Source of the DNA: Dehalococcoidia bacterium
Lineage (GTDB): Bacteria > Chloroflexota > Dehalococcoidia > Bin125
Assembly: GCA_963555985.3 (NCBI GenBank)
Contig: OY820591.1
Location: 1,792,001 to 1,856,000, forward strand
Length of the DNA stretch: 64,000 nt
Direction of reading: 5' to 3'
Under the pieces are notes generated by a model. That model was not told the origin of the DNA and made no database searches. It saw only the letters and a list, made by a program, of their open reading frames with translations. Made by a program: the position numbers and the translations under genes. This document shows positions 27,920 to 37,110 of this stretch, in pieces (position 1 is the stretch's first letter; every line of letters begins with the position of its first letter).

Positions 27920-28945
27920 ATGCCGTTCCCACACGCCATGCTTCGCGCCGGCTACCCCTACAGCCACGTGATCGGAATGCGCCGAGTAACCAGCTTCCCA
28001 GTCGACATCGCCATCGGCGACGACCGGGTGTACGTGATCGGTCGGACCGAGCTCGGGGTCGGCGGCAACATCCGGATGTGCATGTTGAACGACCAGCATC
28101 TGAACGGGCATGTCTCGCACGGCGACCTCGGGACGATGGCCGACACGGGTCACACCTGGCCGGTCGCGCTGCTGCGCTCCGACGACGGCAACCTCTGGGT
28201 GCTTGACGAGGGCGCGCACAACGTGACCACGTACTCACCTGAAGGCGAGAAGCTCGGCCAATGGGGCGAGCACGGCTCGGAGCCGGGTCAGCTGGATCGT
28301 CCGGCGGGGATGGCCTTCGACCCGGCGGGGAACCTCTGGATCGTCGACACGCTGAACCATCGCGTCCAGCAGTTCAGCGCCGAAGGCGAGCACCTAGGCG
28401 GCTTCGGACAGTTCGGCGCGGGGCCGGGGCAGTTCAACATGCCCTGGGGAATCGCGTTCGACGGCGAAGGCGACATGTACGTCTCCGACTGGCGTAACGA
28501 TCGGGTGCAGAAATTCGGCCCGGAAGGCGGCGAGCCGCTGAGCGAGTTCGGCGCAATGCCCGACGGACAGCATCTGACTCGTCCCTGCGGGATTGCGGTC
28601 GACCAGCACGGCGACTTGTATGTCGCGGAACGCGACAAGAACCGCGTCGTGATGTTCGACCATCGCGGGCGTTACGTGGAGTCGTTCTACGGCTCGGCCA
28701 CACTCTCAAAGATGGGGCGCGAGTACATCCGCGCCAACCAGAAGACGCTGCGCCTGCGCGAGATGACCTCACTGGAGCCGCAGAAACTGCTGCGCTTCCC
28801 GCAGGGCGTCCGCTACCAGGACGGGCTGCTCTACATCTGCGACTTCGGATCCCACCGGGTGCAGGTCTACCGCAAGGATGCCGAACCGCTCAACGAAGAC
28901 CAGATTATGGCCGAACTGCGTGCGCCGACTCTGATGACGACCTAA
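27920..28945 (+). CDS. NHL repeat beta-propeller protein
   Basis: Repeated G.G.GQ(L/F)..P.G.A.D..G..(Y/W)V.D..N.RVQ.F; AGGAG RBS. Confidence 0.93.
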   Translation: MPFPHAMLRAGYPYSHVIGMRRVTSFPVDIAIGDDRVYVIGRTELGVGGNIRMCMLNDQHLNGHVSHGDLGTMADTGHTWPVALLRSDDGNLWVLDEGAHNVTTYSPEGEKLGQWGEHGSEPGQLDRPAGMAFDPAGNLWIVDTLNHRVQQFSAEGEHLGGFGQFGAGPGQFNMPWGIAFDGEGDMYVSDWRNDRVQKFGPEGGEPLSEFGAMPDGQHLTRPCGIAVDQHGDLYVAERDKNRVVMFDHRGRYVESFYGSATLSKMGREYIRANQKTLRLREMTSLEPQKLLRFPQGVRYQDGLLYICDFGSHRVQVYRKDAEPLNEDQIMAELRAPTLMTT

Positions 28946-28984
28946 CTCGCAAATCTCACGCGAGACGGTACGGGCGGCAACCTG

Positions 28985-29323
28985 ATGCCTATGGTCTTCG
29001 GCTTCGCCAGGCAGCGGCGACAACTGCTCGAAGCCGAGTTCCTGCGCATGGCCGGGGAGATGAACCAACTCGGCGCTCAGCGCTTCTGGCTGAGCGGCGA
29101 TCTCGCCCGCGAACGTGTCGGCCCAGACTCTGAACTGGAGTTGGTGATCGTCCGTGAGATGGACGAGCCGTTCCATCGTCGCTCCGACTTCTTCCAGACC
29201 CACCTCCGCCCCCGCGTCGGCACGCGCTTCACGGTCTACACGCCTGCCGAGTTCGACGCACTCGAAGACATGGATCCGATCATTCGGGAGGCGATCTCGT
29301 TAGGGGATCCGGTTTATGTCTAG
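28985..29323 (+). CDS. Minimal nucleotidyltransferase (MNT)-like protein, degenerate active site
   Basis: LSGDLAR...DSELELVIV and VYTPAEF resemble MNT; overlaps the HEPN gene. Confidence 0.7.
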   Translation: MPMVFGFARQRRQLLEAEFLRMAGEMNQLGAQRFWLSGDLARERVGPDSELELVIVREMDEPFHRRSDFFQTHLRPRVGTRFTVYTPAEFDALEDMDPIIREAISLGDPVYV

Positions 29324-29735
29324 CGAGCATGAACGCGCGGCTGCGGAGTCGTCGCGCTGGTTGCGGCAGGTGGATCACGACCTAGCTGCCGGCCGGTACG
29401 CGGCGGGAGGCGGATATCACGCGCTCGCCTGCTTTCTGGCGCAGCAGGCCGCAGAGAAGAGTGTCTCGGCGTATCTCTTCGCGCGGGGCGCGGAGCGGGT
29501 CTGGGGACATGCGCTGTCGGACCTGTGCGAGGATGCGATGGCCTTGGATAAGACGTTTGACGTGATCAAATCGGTGGCGATGCTGCTGGACAAGTACTAC
29601 TTTCCGACCAGATATCCAACGGGGTTGCCCGGCGGCGTGCCGCACGAGGCGTATGACGAGACGGACTCAGCGCGGGCGCTTGCGATCGCGGAGGACGTAA
29701 AGGGTTTCGTCGAGCGGAGGTTAGTGGGGGAGTAG
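29316..29735 (+). CDS. HEPN domain protein
   Basis: WLRQ..HDL.A, ACFLAQQAAEK, GHALSDL, LDKYYFPTRYP. Confidence 0.9.
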   Translation: MSSEHERAAAESSRWLRQVDHDLAAGRYAAGGGYHALACFLAQQAAEKSVSAYLFARGAERVWGHALSDLCEDAMALDKTFDVIKSVAMLLDKYYFPTRYPTGLPGGVPHEAYDETDSARALAIAEDVKGFVERRLVGE

Positions 29736-29747
29736 CCTGGCGCTGAC

Positions 29748-30041
29748 ATGATCCAGTTTCGGCACGTTCGTCTGAATGAGTATCACTGCGCGCTGCTCGC
29801 TGACCTGATGGAGCAGCAAGATCCACCGCAATCTGAGGTAGTGGTCGTCGATGATGAAGTGAGCGAGAGCGGACTCGTCTTCCGGCCCGCGCTGAGACGG
29901 AGCGGGTATCACCCCGATGTTCTGGCAAAGCTGGCCGAGCATGGCTTGGTCGATCTGACCCGCGCGAGCGACACGGCATTTCGGGTCTACGTGACGCCGG
30001 TCGGACGTGACTACTACGATGACATGTGCGGCCTGACCTGA
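29748..30041 (+). CDS. Hypothetical protein, possible winged-helix
   Basis: LAKLAEHGLV...VYVTPVGR resembles a wHTH wing; co-oriented with short gaps. Confidence 0.6.
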   Translation: MIQFRHVRLNEYHCALLADLMEQQDPPQSEVVVVDDEVSESGLVFRPALRRSGYHPDVLAKLAEHGLVDLTRASDTAFRVYVTPVGRDYYDDMCGLT

Positions 30042-30066
30042 TTGTATAGCTGACATTGCGAGACGC

Positions 30067-31008
30067 ATGACCGACTCCGAAGCGCGAATGCCGCGACCGC
30101 TCAGCCCCCAGCGCCTGGGCGCGATCCGGCGGCGTTTGCTTCAGTGGTACGCGGAGCATGAGCAGCCGTTCCCTTGGCGCACAGCTGCGGATCCGTATGC
30201 GGCGCTAGTGGCGGCAGTCTGCGCGCAACAGACGCAGATGCCTCGTGTGTTGACGATCTATGAACGTTGGATGCAGGCGTTCCCTACGCTTCACAGCCTG
30301 GCAGCCGCCTCGGACGGGGATGCGCTGCGTGTTTGGGACCGCGCCGGATATCCGCGGCGCGCGCTATATCTGCGCCGAACCGCGGAGATCGTCGTACAGG
30401 AGCATGAGGGTCAGATTCCGTACGACGAGTCTGAGCTGCTGCAATTGCCGGGGGTTGGTCCGTTCACAGCTGCGATCGTACGCTGTTTCGGATTCCAACT
30501 CGACTCGGCGGCGATTGATACAAACGTAGTCCGGCTGCTGGGTCGCTTACTCTTCGGCGATCTTCAGCCGGCCCGAGAGACGCGGGCGGCGGATATCAGG
30601 TGGGCCGCCGATCGACTTGCACCGGCGGGACAGCCGTTGTTCTGGAATCCAGCGGTGATGGACTTCGGCGCTGCAATCTGCTCGCCTCGGCCAAAGTGCG
30701 CGATCTGCCCGCTGTCGCCTCTCTGTGCGGCGCGGAAGCGGTTTGCGGCGGGCGAAATTGCAGCGCCTGTCCGTGCCCAGGGACGCTTCGAAGGGTCGGA
30801 TCGCCAACTGCGGGGGATCATCATGCGAGAACTGCGCGCGCGCCGGACGCCGTTACAGCGGGAACGTCTGATCGAACACGTTCGTGATGCCGGCGAGAGT
30901 GATCGCGAGCGCGTGGAGCGGGCGCTGGAATCGCTCATCGAAGACGGGCTGGCGCAGATGATCGAGGATGCGATTGTGCTTGGCTCGGTGCGGGGCGGTT
31001 CTGCGTAG
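30067..31008 (+). CDS. mutY: MutY-like HhH-GPD DNA glycosylase
   Basis: PWR, QQT, GYPRRA, LPGVGPFTA, DTNVVR, 4Fe-4S motif C-x5-C-x2-C-x5-C; catalytic Glu appears missing. Confidence 0.8.
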   Translation: MTDSEARMPRPLSPQRLGAIRRRLLQWYAEHEQPFPWRTAADPYAALVAAVCAQQTQMPRVLTIYERWMQAFPTLHSLAAASDGDALRVWDRAGYPRRALYLRRTAEIVVQEHEGQIPYDESELLQLPGVGPFTAAIVRCFGFQLDSAAIDTNVVRLLGRLLFGDLQPARETRAADIRWAADRLAPAGQPLFWNPAVMDFGAAICSPRPKCAICPLSPLCAARKRFAAGEIAAPVRAQGRFEGSDRQLRGIIMRELRARRTPLQRERLIEHVRDAGESDRERVERALESLIEDGLAQMIEDAIVLGSVRGGSA

Positions 31009-31105
31009 CATCACACTGTAGGTGTGTTATATATTGTCGGCTGTACGATATAGACGGGCTGCGGTACAACGTTCGCCCGCAGCGTCGGCAGAACGGAGTG
31101 CTGAG

Positions 31106-31759
31106 ATGGCTGACGAAAACTTGGGTTTGGGTGTGTTGCGCGGCGATTTGAAAGCAGCGCGCGCCAGGCTTCAAACCGACATTGAACGCAAAATGGCAGT
31201 CCGCGACCAGATTGACGCACTGATCAATAGCCTCGGCGATGACGACTCCGCGTCGGCGGGCGCAGCGCTACCGGCGGCAGGCGCCGCATTGCGCGAACGT
31301 CCTGCGGGACGCGCAGCCGCGCAACCCTCACGACGCCGCACCCGTCGGCCGCGAGGGCTGATCACGAACAAGGTGCGTGAGTACCTACAGCGTCAGAGCG
31401 AGCCGGTCCACGCCACCCGGATCTTGCAGTATCTCGAGTCCGAGGGGGCGGCTCCGCAGAGCGAGAAGCCGATGCCGACGTTGCAGTCGACCCTGCAGCG
31501 GATGAAGGAAACAGGCGAAGTGCGCAATACGGGCCGGAATCGCTGGGTGCTAGCGAGTAAGGCCGAACCCGCGCCAACGGCCTCTGCCCCCGCGACTTCC
31601 GAACCCGCGGGCGCTCCCGAGGAACCGGCTGAGGCGGCGACTCCAAGCGCAGCGCCTGCTGAGGCGGAGACACCGGCACCAAGCACCGGCGTTCCCCCGC
31701 GGATTTCGTCGACCACTTCGTTCAGCTCCTTCGGCGGGCGATCGCCCTCAGAGGCGTAG
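31106..31759 (+). CDS. Hypothetical protein: coiled coil + winged helix (HARE-HTH-like) + disordered tail
   Basis: VREYLQRQSEPVHATRILQYL...TLQSTL...RNTGRNRWVL; GGAG RBS. Confidence 0.65.
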   Translation: MADENLGLGVLRGDLKAARARLQTDIERKMAVRDQIDALINSLGDDDSASAGAALPAAGAALRERPAGRAAAQPSRRRTRRPRGLITNKVREYLQRQSEPVHATRILQYLESEGAAPQSEKPMPTLQSTLQRMKETGEVRNTGRNRWVLASKAEPAPTASAPATSEPAGAPEEPAEAATPSAAPAEAETPAPSTGVPPRISSTTSFSSFGGRSPSEA

Positions 31760-31959
31760 GTCGAGCAAGTCTCGCCCTCGGCGCGTCTTCGAGGGTTGCC
31801 AACGTTGTCAATCGCTTGCTGTCCGTTCGCCTAGGTGTGGGCCAGCGAAGGTCCCATCCTTCCGCGACTCCACAGCGCGCGCCAGGACGCCGACAACTGC
31901 GGCTTGATCTGGGTTAGGCTGCGGATTGCAGAATCCGACAAACAGGAATGGAGCCGACG

Positions 31960-32280
31960 ATGCTGTTTGAACTGCGCCAATACACGATCAACGACGGCTA
32001 TCGGGAGCAATTCGTGCAGCTGATGGAGGAACAGATCATTCCCTTCCAAACCAAACAGGGGATGGTGATCCTGGGTTCGTTCATCTCGGAAGAGGACGAG
32101 AACACCTACGTCTGGATCCGGCGCTTCACTTCCGAAGCAGAGCGGGAGCGGCTGTACGACTCGGTCTACAACACCGACTATTGGCGCGACGAAATCGGGC
32201 CGCAAGTCGCGGAGATGATGAGCCGCGACTCGATCTCCGTGAAGCGGCTGGAGGCGACGCCGCGTTCGCCGATTCAGTAA
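31960..32280 (+). CDS. NIPSNAP family protein
   Basis: FELRQYTI..G.REQF, YVWIRRF, LEATPRSP. Confidence 0.88.
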   Translation: MLFELRQYTINDGYREQFVQLMEEQIIPFQTKQGMVILGSFISEEDENTYVWIRRFTSEAERERLYDSVYNTDYWRDEIGPQVAEMMSRDSISVKRLEATPRSPIQ

Positions 32281-32301
32281 CTCAGCGGCGACAGAGATAC
32301 A

Positions 32302-33108
32302 GTGACGGCTCAGCTGTCGACGAGGCCGCTGTTTGAGCGGTCGGGGCACGGCTATGCGCCGACGGATCGCGCGCGCGGTCCCTGGACTCCGGATGCGCTT
32401 CACGGTAGTCCGGTGGCGGCGCTGCTCGCGCACTGCGTGGAGGAACGCCTTGCTGAGGCCGGCTCCGCAGCCAACGGTATGCGGCTCGCGCGTCTGACGG
32501 TCGATCTGTTCCGGCCGGTACCGTTCGGCGAGCTGATTGTCGAGATTCAGCCGAGGCGTGAAGGACGGCGGCTCGCGCTGTTCGAGCTCAGCGTCGCAGA
32601 TTCGGAACAAGTACTGACCCGGGCGACGGCGCTTTGCCTCCGTGCAGAGGCTGAGCGCGGGTCCGTAGGGGCGCAGTTCGGGACGACGGCGCCGCCCGGT
32701 CCCGAGGCGGCGCGTCCGAATCGAGTCGATCGAGCCGGTAATCGCTGGGTCTCTTATCCGGGCACGCTAGAGATGCGGCACGTCATTTCGCCGGGGGGCG
32801 AATCTCCACCGATCGTCTGGATCCAGGCTGACGCGCCGGTAGTCGCCAACTGTGAACTGTCCGGGGCCGTGCGCGCAGCGGGGATCGCCGATTTCGTGAG
32901 CCCGTTTGCGAATATGCAACCGGGGCGCAGCGGTTACGTGAATGCGGATATCACGATGTATCTGCACCGTCCGCCGATCGGGGAATGGCAGTGGCTCAAG
33001 GTCGTGTCGCGGGGAGCGGAGGACGGATTGGCGACTGCTCAGGCGATTCTCGGCGATCGGACAGGCGCATACGGCGGCTGCTCGGCGGCATCGCTGATCA
33101 ACCTGTGA
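32302..33108 (+). CDS. Acyl-CoA thioesterase family (double hot-dog)
   Basis: ARGPW...LHGSPVAALL, RLTVDLFRPVP, NADITMYLHRPP.GEW. Confidence 0.88.
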   Translation: MTAQLSTRPLFERSGHGYAPTDRARGPWTPDALHGSPVAALLAHCVEERLAEAGSAANGMRLARLTVDLFRPVPFGELIVEIQPRREGRRLALFELSVADSEQVLTRATALCLRAEAERGSVGAQFGTTAPPGPEAARPNRVDRAGNRWVSYPGTLEMRHVISPGGESPPIVWIQADAPVVANCELSGAVRAAGIADFVSPFANMQPGRSGYVNADITMYLHRPPIGEWQWLKVVSRGAEDGLATAQAILGDRTGAYGGCSAASLINL

Positions 33109-33130
33109 TCGGGGCACTACCCTATCTGCC

Positions 33131-35173
33131 ATGACTGGCCGCATTATCGGGATGATCGCGATCTTCACGCTCGCCGGGCTGCTGAGCGCTGGCGCTGTGA
33201 TTGTGCTGCTCGCGGTTGAATCGGAACGGGATTCCGCTGAGGCGACAACCTCGGTTTTGGCCGAGTCGCTCGCTCGCTCGCTGGGGGCGTTGGATTCGAT
33301 CTCGGATGCCGACCTGGAGGCGGCGTTGGAAACGGAGCGCTCGTCGGCGCAGTTGAGCGGCGTCTGGCTGTTTGACGCACAGGGACGGCTCGCGGCAAGG
33401 GCGGTGGCGCGTCCGGAGACGCGCACGTCGGTTGCCGAGGGCGTCGTAGGCCGAGAAGAGATCGTGACGGCGCGCCAGGTGCTCGGCGGCGCGGTCACAA
33501 TCGTGCACCGCGAAGAAGCGGGCGTCTACTCGGGTACCGCGCCCGTGCTTGATCGCAACGGCGATTTGGTGGGGGCGGTGCGCATTGAGCTCTCCCTCAA
33601 TGGCGTTGGCACTGCGCTGGAGCTGTACCGCTGGCAGTACATCCTCGGCGCGATCGGGCTGTTGCTGCTCGTGTTGATGATTGCTTGGTTCCTGGCCAAG
33701 CGGTTGGCGCGACCGCTTGGCCTAATGGTGCGGGCGGCGCGCTCAGTGGAGGCGGGACGAGCGCCGGAGCCGTCGGTTACGGCCGGCCTTCGCGGTATCT
33801 CGCTGACACGCGACGAGTACGGCACTCTTGCGGGCGTGTTTATCGACATGGCCCAGGAGGTCGGCGCGCGTGAGATTCGCCTGAACGCGCTGGTTGAGGA
33901 GCGCACACAGGAGATCTCGGAGAAGAACCAGGCGCTTGAGGCCGCGCAGAAAGTCCTGCAGGAAGACCTGAGCATGGCCCACGCCGTGCAGGCGGCGCTG
34001 GTTCCGCAAGACTTCCCGGAAGACCCGCGCGTATCGGTCTCGGCCTCGATGACACCGGCGCGTGAGGTTGGAGGCGATTTTTACGACGCCTTCATGATTG
34101 ACGACGGACGCTTGGCGTTCGCGATCGCTGATGTCTCAGGCAAGGGCGTGGCGTCGGCGTTGTTGATGGCGGTAGGACGGGCGTTGTTGCGAAGCGCCGC
34201 AAACGAATTCCCCGATCCTTCCGCAGCCGTGGCCGAGGCGAATGACCAGCTTTGCTCAATGAACCCCAAAGAACTGTTCATCACCGCCTTCTTCGGCGTG
34301 ATCGACCTCAGCTTGGGCACGCTGACTTACGTAAACGCCGGCCATGACCCGCCGTACATGACGAACGGGACAGATCAACCGACGGAGTTGACGCACACCG
34401 GCGGAATCGCGCTGGGAGTGCTGCCGGGTCTGCCGTACTCGGAGTTGACGATCCCGATCAGAGCAGGCACATCCTTGTTTATGTATACGGACGGCATTAC
34501 CGAAGCGCAGAATGTGGGCGGCGAGTTGTTCGGCAAAGAACGGCTTGAGGCCCTCCTGGTCGCCACGCGCGAGGAAGGGCCGCAGGCGCTGATCGGGTCG
34601 ATCTTGACCGATCTTGACCAGTTCACAGGCAATGCCCAACAGTTTGACGACATCACCTGCATTGCAGTGCGCTTTGAGGGTGGCGAGCTGGCTGTCTCGA
34701 GCGAGGACGCAGAAGCTTCTGCGGAGCCGCAAACAGCGTCGGGGTGGCGGCGGATGAACGTCGAGCCGGTGCTAGACACGGCGCTGCAACGAGTGCAGGC
34801 CTTCGTTGAGCGCTTTGCAACTGCGGAGGGCTGGAGCGTCGAAGACCTATATCGGCTGAACCTGGCCTTGGATGAGCTGCTCACGAACACCTTGGAACAC
34901 GGCTTCATCGGACGCGAGTCGGAGGCCGAGATCACCGTGGCGCTGCGGCGCGAGGAAGACTCGGCGATCTGCCGTTATGAGGACAACGGCGACCCGTTTG
35001 ATCCTTGGGAAGCGGAGAAGTCGGACCCGACTCTAGGAATCGAGGAGCGCCGTATTGGCGGCTGGGGCCTGCAACTGATCGCCGCGACGATTGACGATGT
35101 ATCGTATACACGCGAAGGAGACCGCAACGTGACCACCCTGCGTCAACGGCGTGGCTCCGGCGAATCGCCCTAA
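33131..35173 (+). CDS. Membrane SpoIIE/PP2C phosphatase fused to anti-sigma-factor kinase domain
   Basis: 2 TM + HAMP-like; GGDFYD, ADVSGKG, YTDG, DDIT; then DELLTN..EHG, EDNGDPFDP, GGWGL. Confidence 0.92.
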   Translation: MTGRIIGMIAIFTLAGLLSAGAVIVLLAVESERDSAEATTSVLAESLARSLGALDSISDADLEAALETERSSAQLSGVWLFDAQGRLAARAVARPETRTSVAEGVVGREEIVTARQVLGGAVTIVHREEAGVYSGTAPVLDRNGDLVGAVRIELSLNGVGTALELYRWQYILGAIGLLLLVLMIAWFLAKRLARPLGLMVRAARSVEAGRAPEPSVTAGLRGISLTRDEYGTLAGVFIDMAQEVGAREIRLNALVEERTQEISEKNQALEAAQKVLQEDLSMAHAVQAALVPQDFPEDPRVSVSASMTPAREVGGDFYDAFMIDDGRLAFAIADVSGKGVASALLMAVGRALLRSAANEFPDPSAAVAEANDQLCSMNPKELFITAFFGVIDLSLGTLTYVNAGHDPPYMTNGTDQPTELTHTGGIALGVLPGLPYSELTIPIRAGTSLFMYTDGITEAQNVGGELFGKERLEALLVATREEGPQALIGSILTDLDQFTGNAQQFDDITCIAVRFEGGELAVSSEDAEASAEPQTASGWRRMNVEPVLDTALQRVQAFVERFATAEGWSVEDLYRLNLALDELLTNTLEHGFIGRESEAEITVALRREEDSAICRYEDNGDPFDPWEAEKSDPTLGIEERRIGGWGLQLIAATIDDVSYTREGDRNVTTLRQRRGSGESP

Positions 35174-35197
35174 TCCGGCAAATCGAGGAGGACTGTC

Positions 35198-35533
35198 ATG
35201 GTTGACCTGTACCCGGAATACTCCGAGAACGTTCTGGTGTTGAATCCACTCGGGCGGATCGACGGGACCAACGCGAAGGAGTTCGAGGAGGCGCTGCTGG
35301 GCCGCATCGCTGCGGGCGACAAGCAGATCCTGATGAACTTTGAAGGGATCAACTACATCTCTTCGGCCGGCCTTCGCGTCCTGCTCATGGCGGCGAAGCG
35401 AACGACCCAGGCAAAGGGCCGATTCGCGCTCTGCACAGTGCAGGAGCACATTCAGGAAGTCTTCCGTGTATCCGGTTTCGCGGAGATCATCCCGATTCAC
35501 GAAGAGCGTACTGATGCGCTGACCGCGTTCTAG
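35198..35533 (+). CDS. STAS anti-sigma factor antagonist
   Basis: GRID, YISSAGLRVLL phosphoacceptor motif, EVFRVSGF; GAGGAGG RBS. Confidence 0.93.
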   Translation: MVDLYPEYSENVLVLNPLGRIDGTNAKEFEEALLGRIAAGDKQILMNFEGINYISSAGLRVLLMAAKRTTQAKGRFALCTVQEHIQEVFRVSGFAEIIPIHEERTDALTAF

Positions 35534-35550
35534 GTCTGAGGCGTGGGGTG

Positions 35551-35583
35551 TTGCGCCGACCCGAACCTATCGGGCCGGCGCAA
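35551..35583. terminator. Putative bidirectional terminator hairpin
   Basis: TTGCGCCGACCCGA-ACCTA-TCGGGCCGGCGCAA between convergent stops. Confidence 0.6.
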
Positions 35584-35611
35584 TTGTGTGGGATTGGTCG
35601 CGGAGCGCCGG

Positions 35612-36973
35612 CTAGAGGCCGAGATCGGACTCCATCCGGCCAATGCTGCGCGAGATGCGGTTGACGAGTTCGTCTGCCTCTTCGAGGTTGGTGATCAAGG
35701 GCGGTGAGACGCTGATGCTCGCACCGCCTCGGGCCAGCACGCCTTCCTCGCGCATGTAGTTGGTGATCCGCTGAGGGAGCTGATCGGCCTCGTCAAAGTC
35801 CTCGCCGGCGGCCGGGTCCTTCTTCAGATCGATGGCGTGCATCAGGCCGATGCCTCGGGTCTGGTAGACAGTGCGATGCTCCTCACGGAGTTGGACCAGA
35901 CGTGAGCGAACGTGTTCGCCCACGTGTGCGGCGTTCTCAACCAGGTTCTCACGCTCAATGATGTCGAGATTGGCGAGAGCGACGGCGCAGGAGACCGGGT
36001 TCGCGCCCCAGGTGATGCCGCCGATCGCGCCTTCGGCGCCAGCTTCCTCGAAGGCGCGGGCGATCTTGTCGGAGACGAGCGTAGCCGCGATCGGGCTGTA
36101 GCCGGAGCTGAGTTGCTTGGCCGTCGTCATGATGTCTGGCTCGACATCGAAGTGGTCCATGCCGAACCACTTGCCGGTGCGCCCGAAGCCATTGATGACC
36201 TCGTCGGCGATCAGGACGATGTCGTATTTGTCGCAGAGTTCGCGCAACGTCCGCCAGTATTCGCGCGGGGGGACATAGCTCCCGTTGGCGGTCGAGATCG
36301 GCTCGGCGATCATGGCCGCGATCGTGTCCGGGCCCTGGGCCTTGATCACGTCTTCAATCGTGCGGGCGCAGAAGACATCGCACTCGGGGTAGGTCTTCTC
36401 GAACGGGCAGCGGTCGCAGTTGACGTTCTGTACGTGTAGTGCGCCCGGCATCAGCGGCTCATACGGAGTGCGATTGGCGTAGACGGCGGCGTTGACAGAG
36501 AGTGCGCCGACGGTCATGCCGTGGTAGGAGCCCATCCGCGAGATCGTCTTGAACTTCTTCGAGTTGCCGCGAAGGTGGTGGTAGTGCTTGGCGATCTTGA
36601 GCGCATTCTCGACCGCCTCGGAGCCGCCGTTGACGAAGACGGCCTTGCGAATCGTGCTGGGCGTGATTTCCGCCAGTCTGGTGGCGAGGTTGACTGCCGG
36701 TTCGTTGGCGTAGGCGAAGGTGTTCTGGTAGGCGAGGCGTGACATCTGCTCGTGCGCGATGTCGGCCAGTTCTTCGCGGCCGTGACCGACCGCGACCAGA
36801 AAGAGCCCGGAAATGGCGTCGATGTACTCGTTGCCGTCGTCGTCGTGGAGGTAGATGCCCTCGCCCTTGCGAATGACGAGCAGTCCATCGTCGGCCGCGA
36901 GGTCGGCGTAGGACTGGGTGGGGATCCAGAGGTGTTCGAGCGATTGCTGTCGGAGTTCGGGTGCGGTCGTCAT
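35612..36973 (-). CDS. Class III aminotransferase (omega-amino acid type)
   Basis: YIDAISGL, GSEAVENALK, SYHGMT, IADEVINGFGRTG, TTAKQLSSG (PLP Lys). Confidence 0.94.
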   Translation of the reverse strand: MTTAPELRQQSLEHLWIPTQSYADLAADDGLLVIRKGEGIYLHDDDGNEYIDAISGLFLVAVGHGREELADIAHEQMSRLAYQNTFAYANEPAVNLATRLAEITPSTIRKAVFVNGGSEAVENALKIAKHYHHLRGNSKKFKTISRMGSYHGMTVGALSVNAAVYANRTPYEPLMPGALHVQNVNCDRCPFEKTYPECDVFCARTIEDVIKAQGPDTIAAMIAEPISTANGSYVPPREYWRTLRELCDKYDIVLIADEVINGFGRTGKWFGMDHFDVEPDIMTTAKQLSSGYSPIAATLVSDKIARAFEEAGAEGAIGGITWGANPVSCAVALANLDIIERENLVENAAHVGEHVRSRLVQLREEHRTVYQTRGIGLMHAIDLKKDPAAGEDFDEADQLPQRITNYMREEGVLARGGASISVSPPLITNLEEADELVNRISRSIGRMESDLGL

Positions 36974-37110
36974 GCGGATTCCTGTCGATGATCGCCGCCT
37001 GCCCGTGCGCACGACGGCGTGCGTGTGCATAGTAAGGGGCGACAAATCTTGGTGTCGGCAGTGAGTTGGTGCGCGACCGATTACGCCATGGGATCGGCAG
37101 TTGGTCGCGG

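Noticed and set aside
27920-28945. Nucleotide repeats within the NHL gene
   Set aside because: Explained by protein-level beta-propeller repeats
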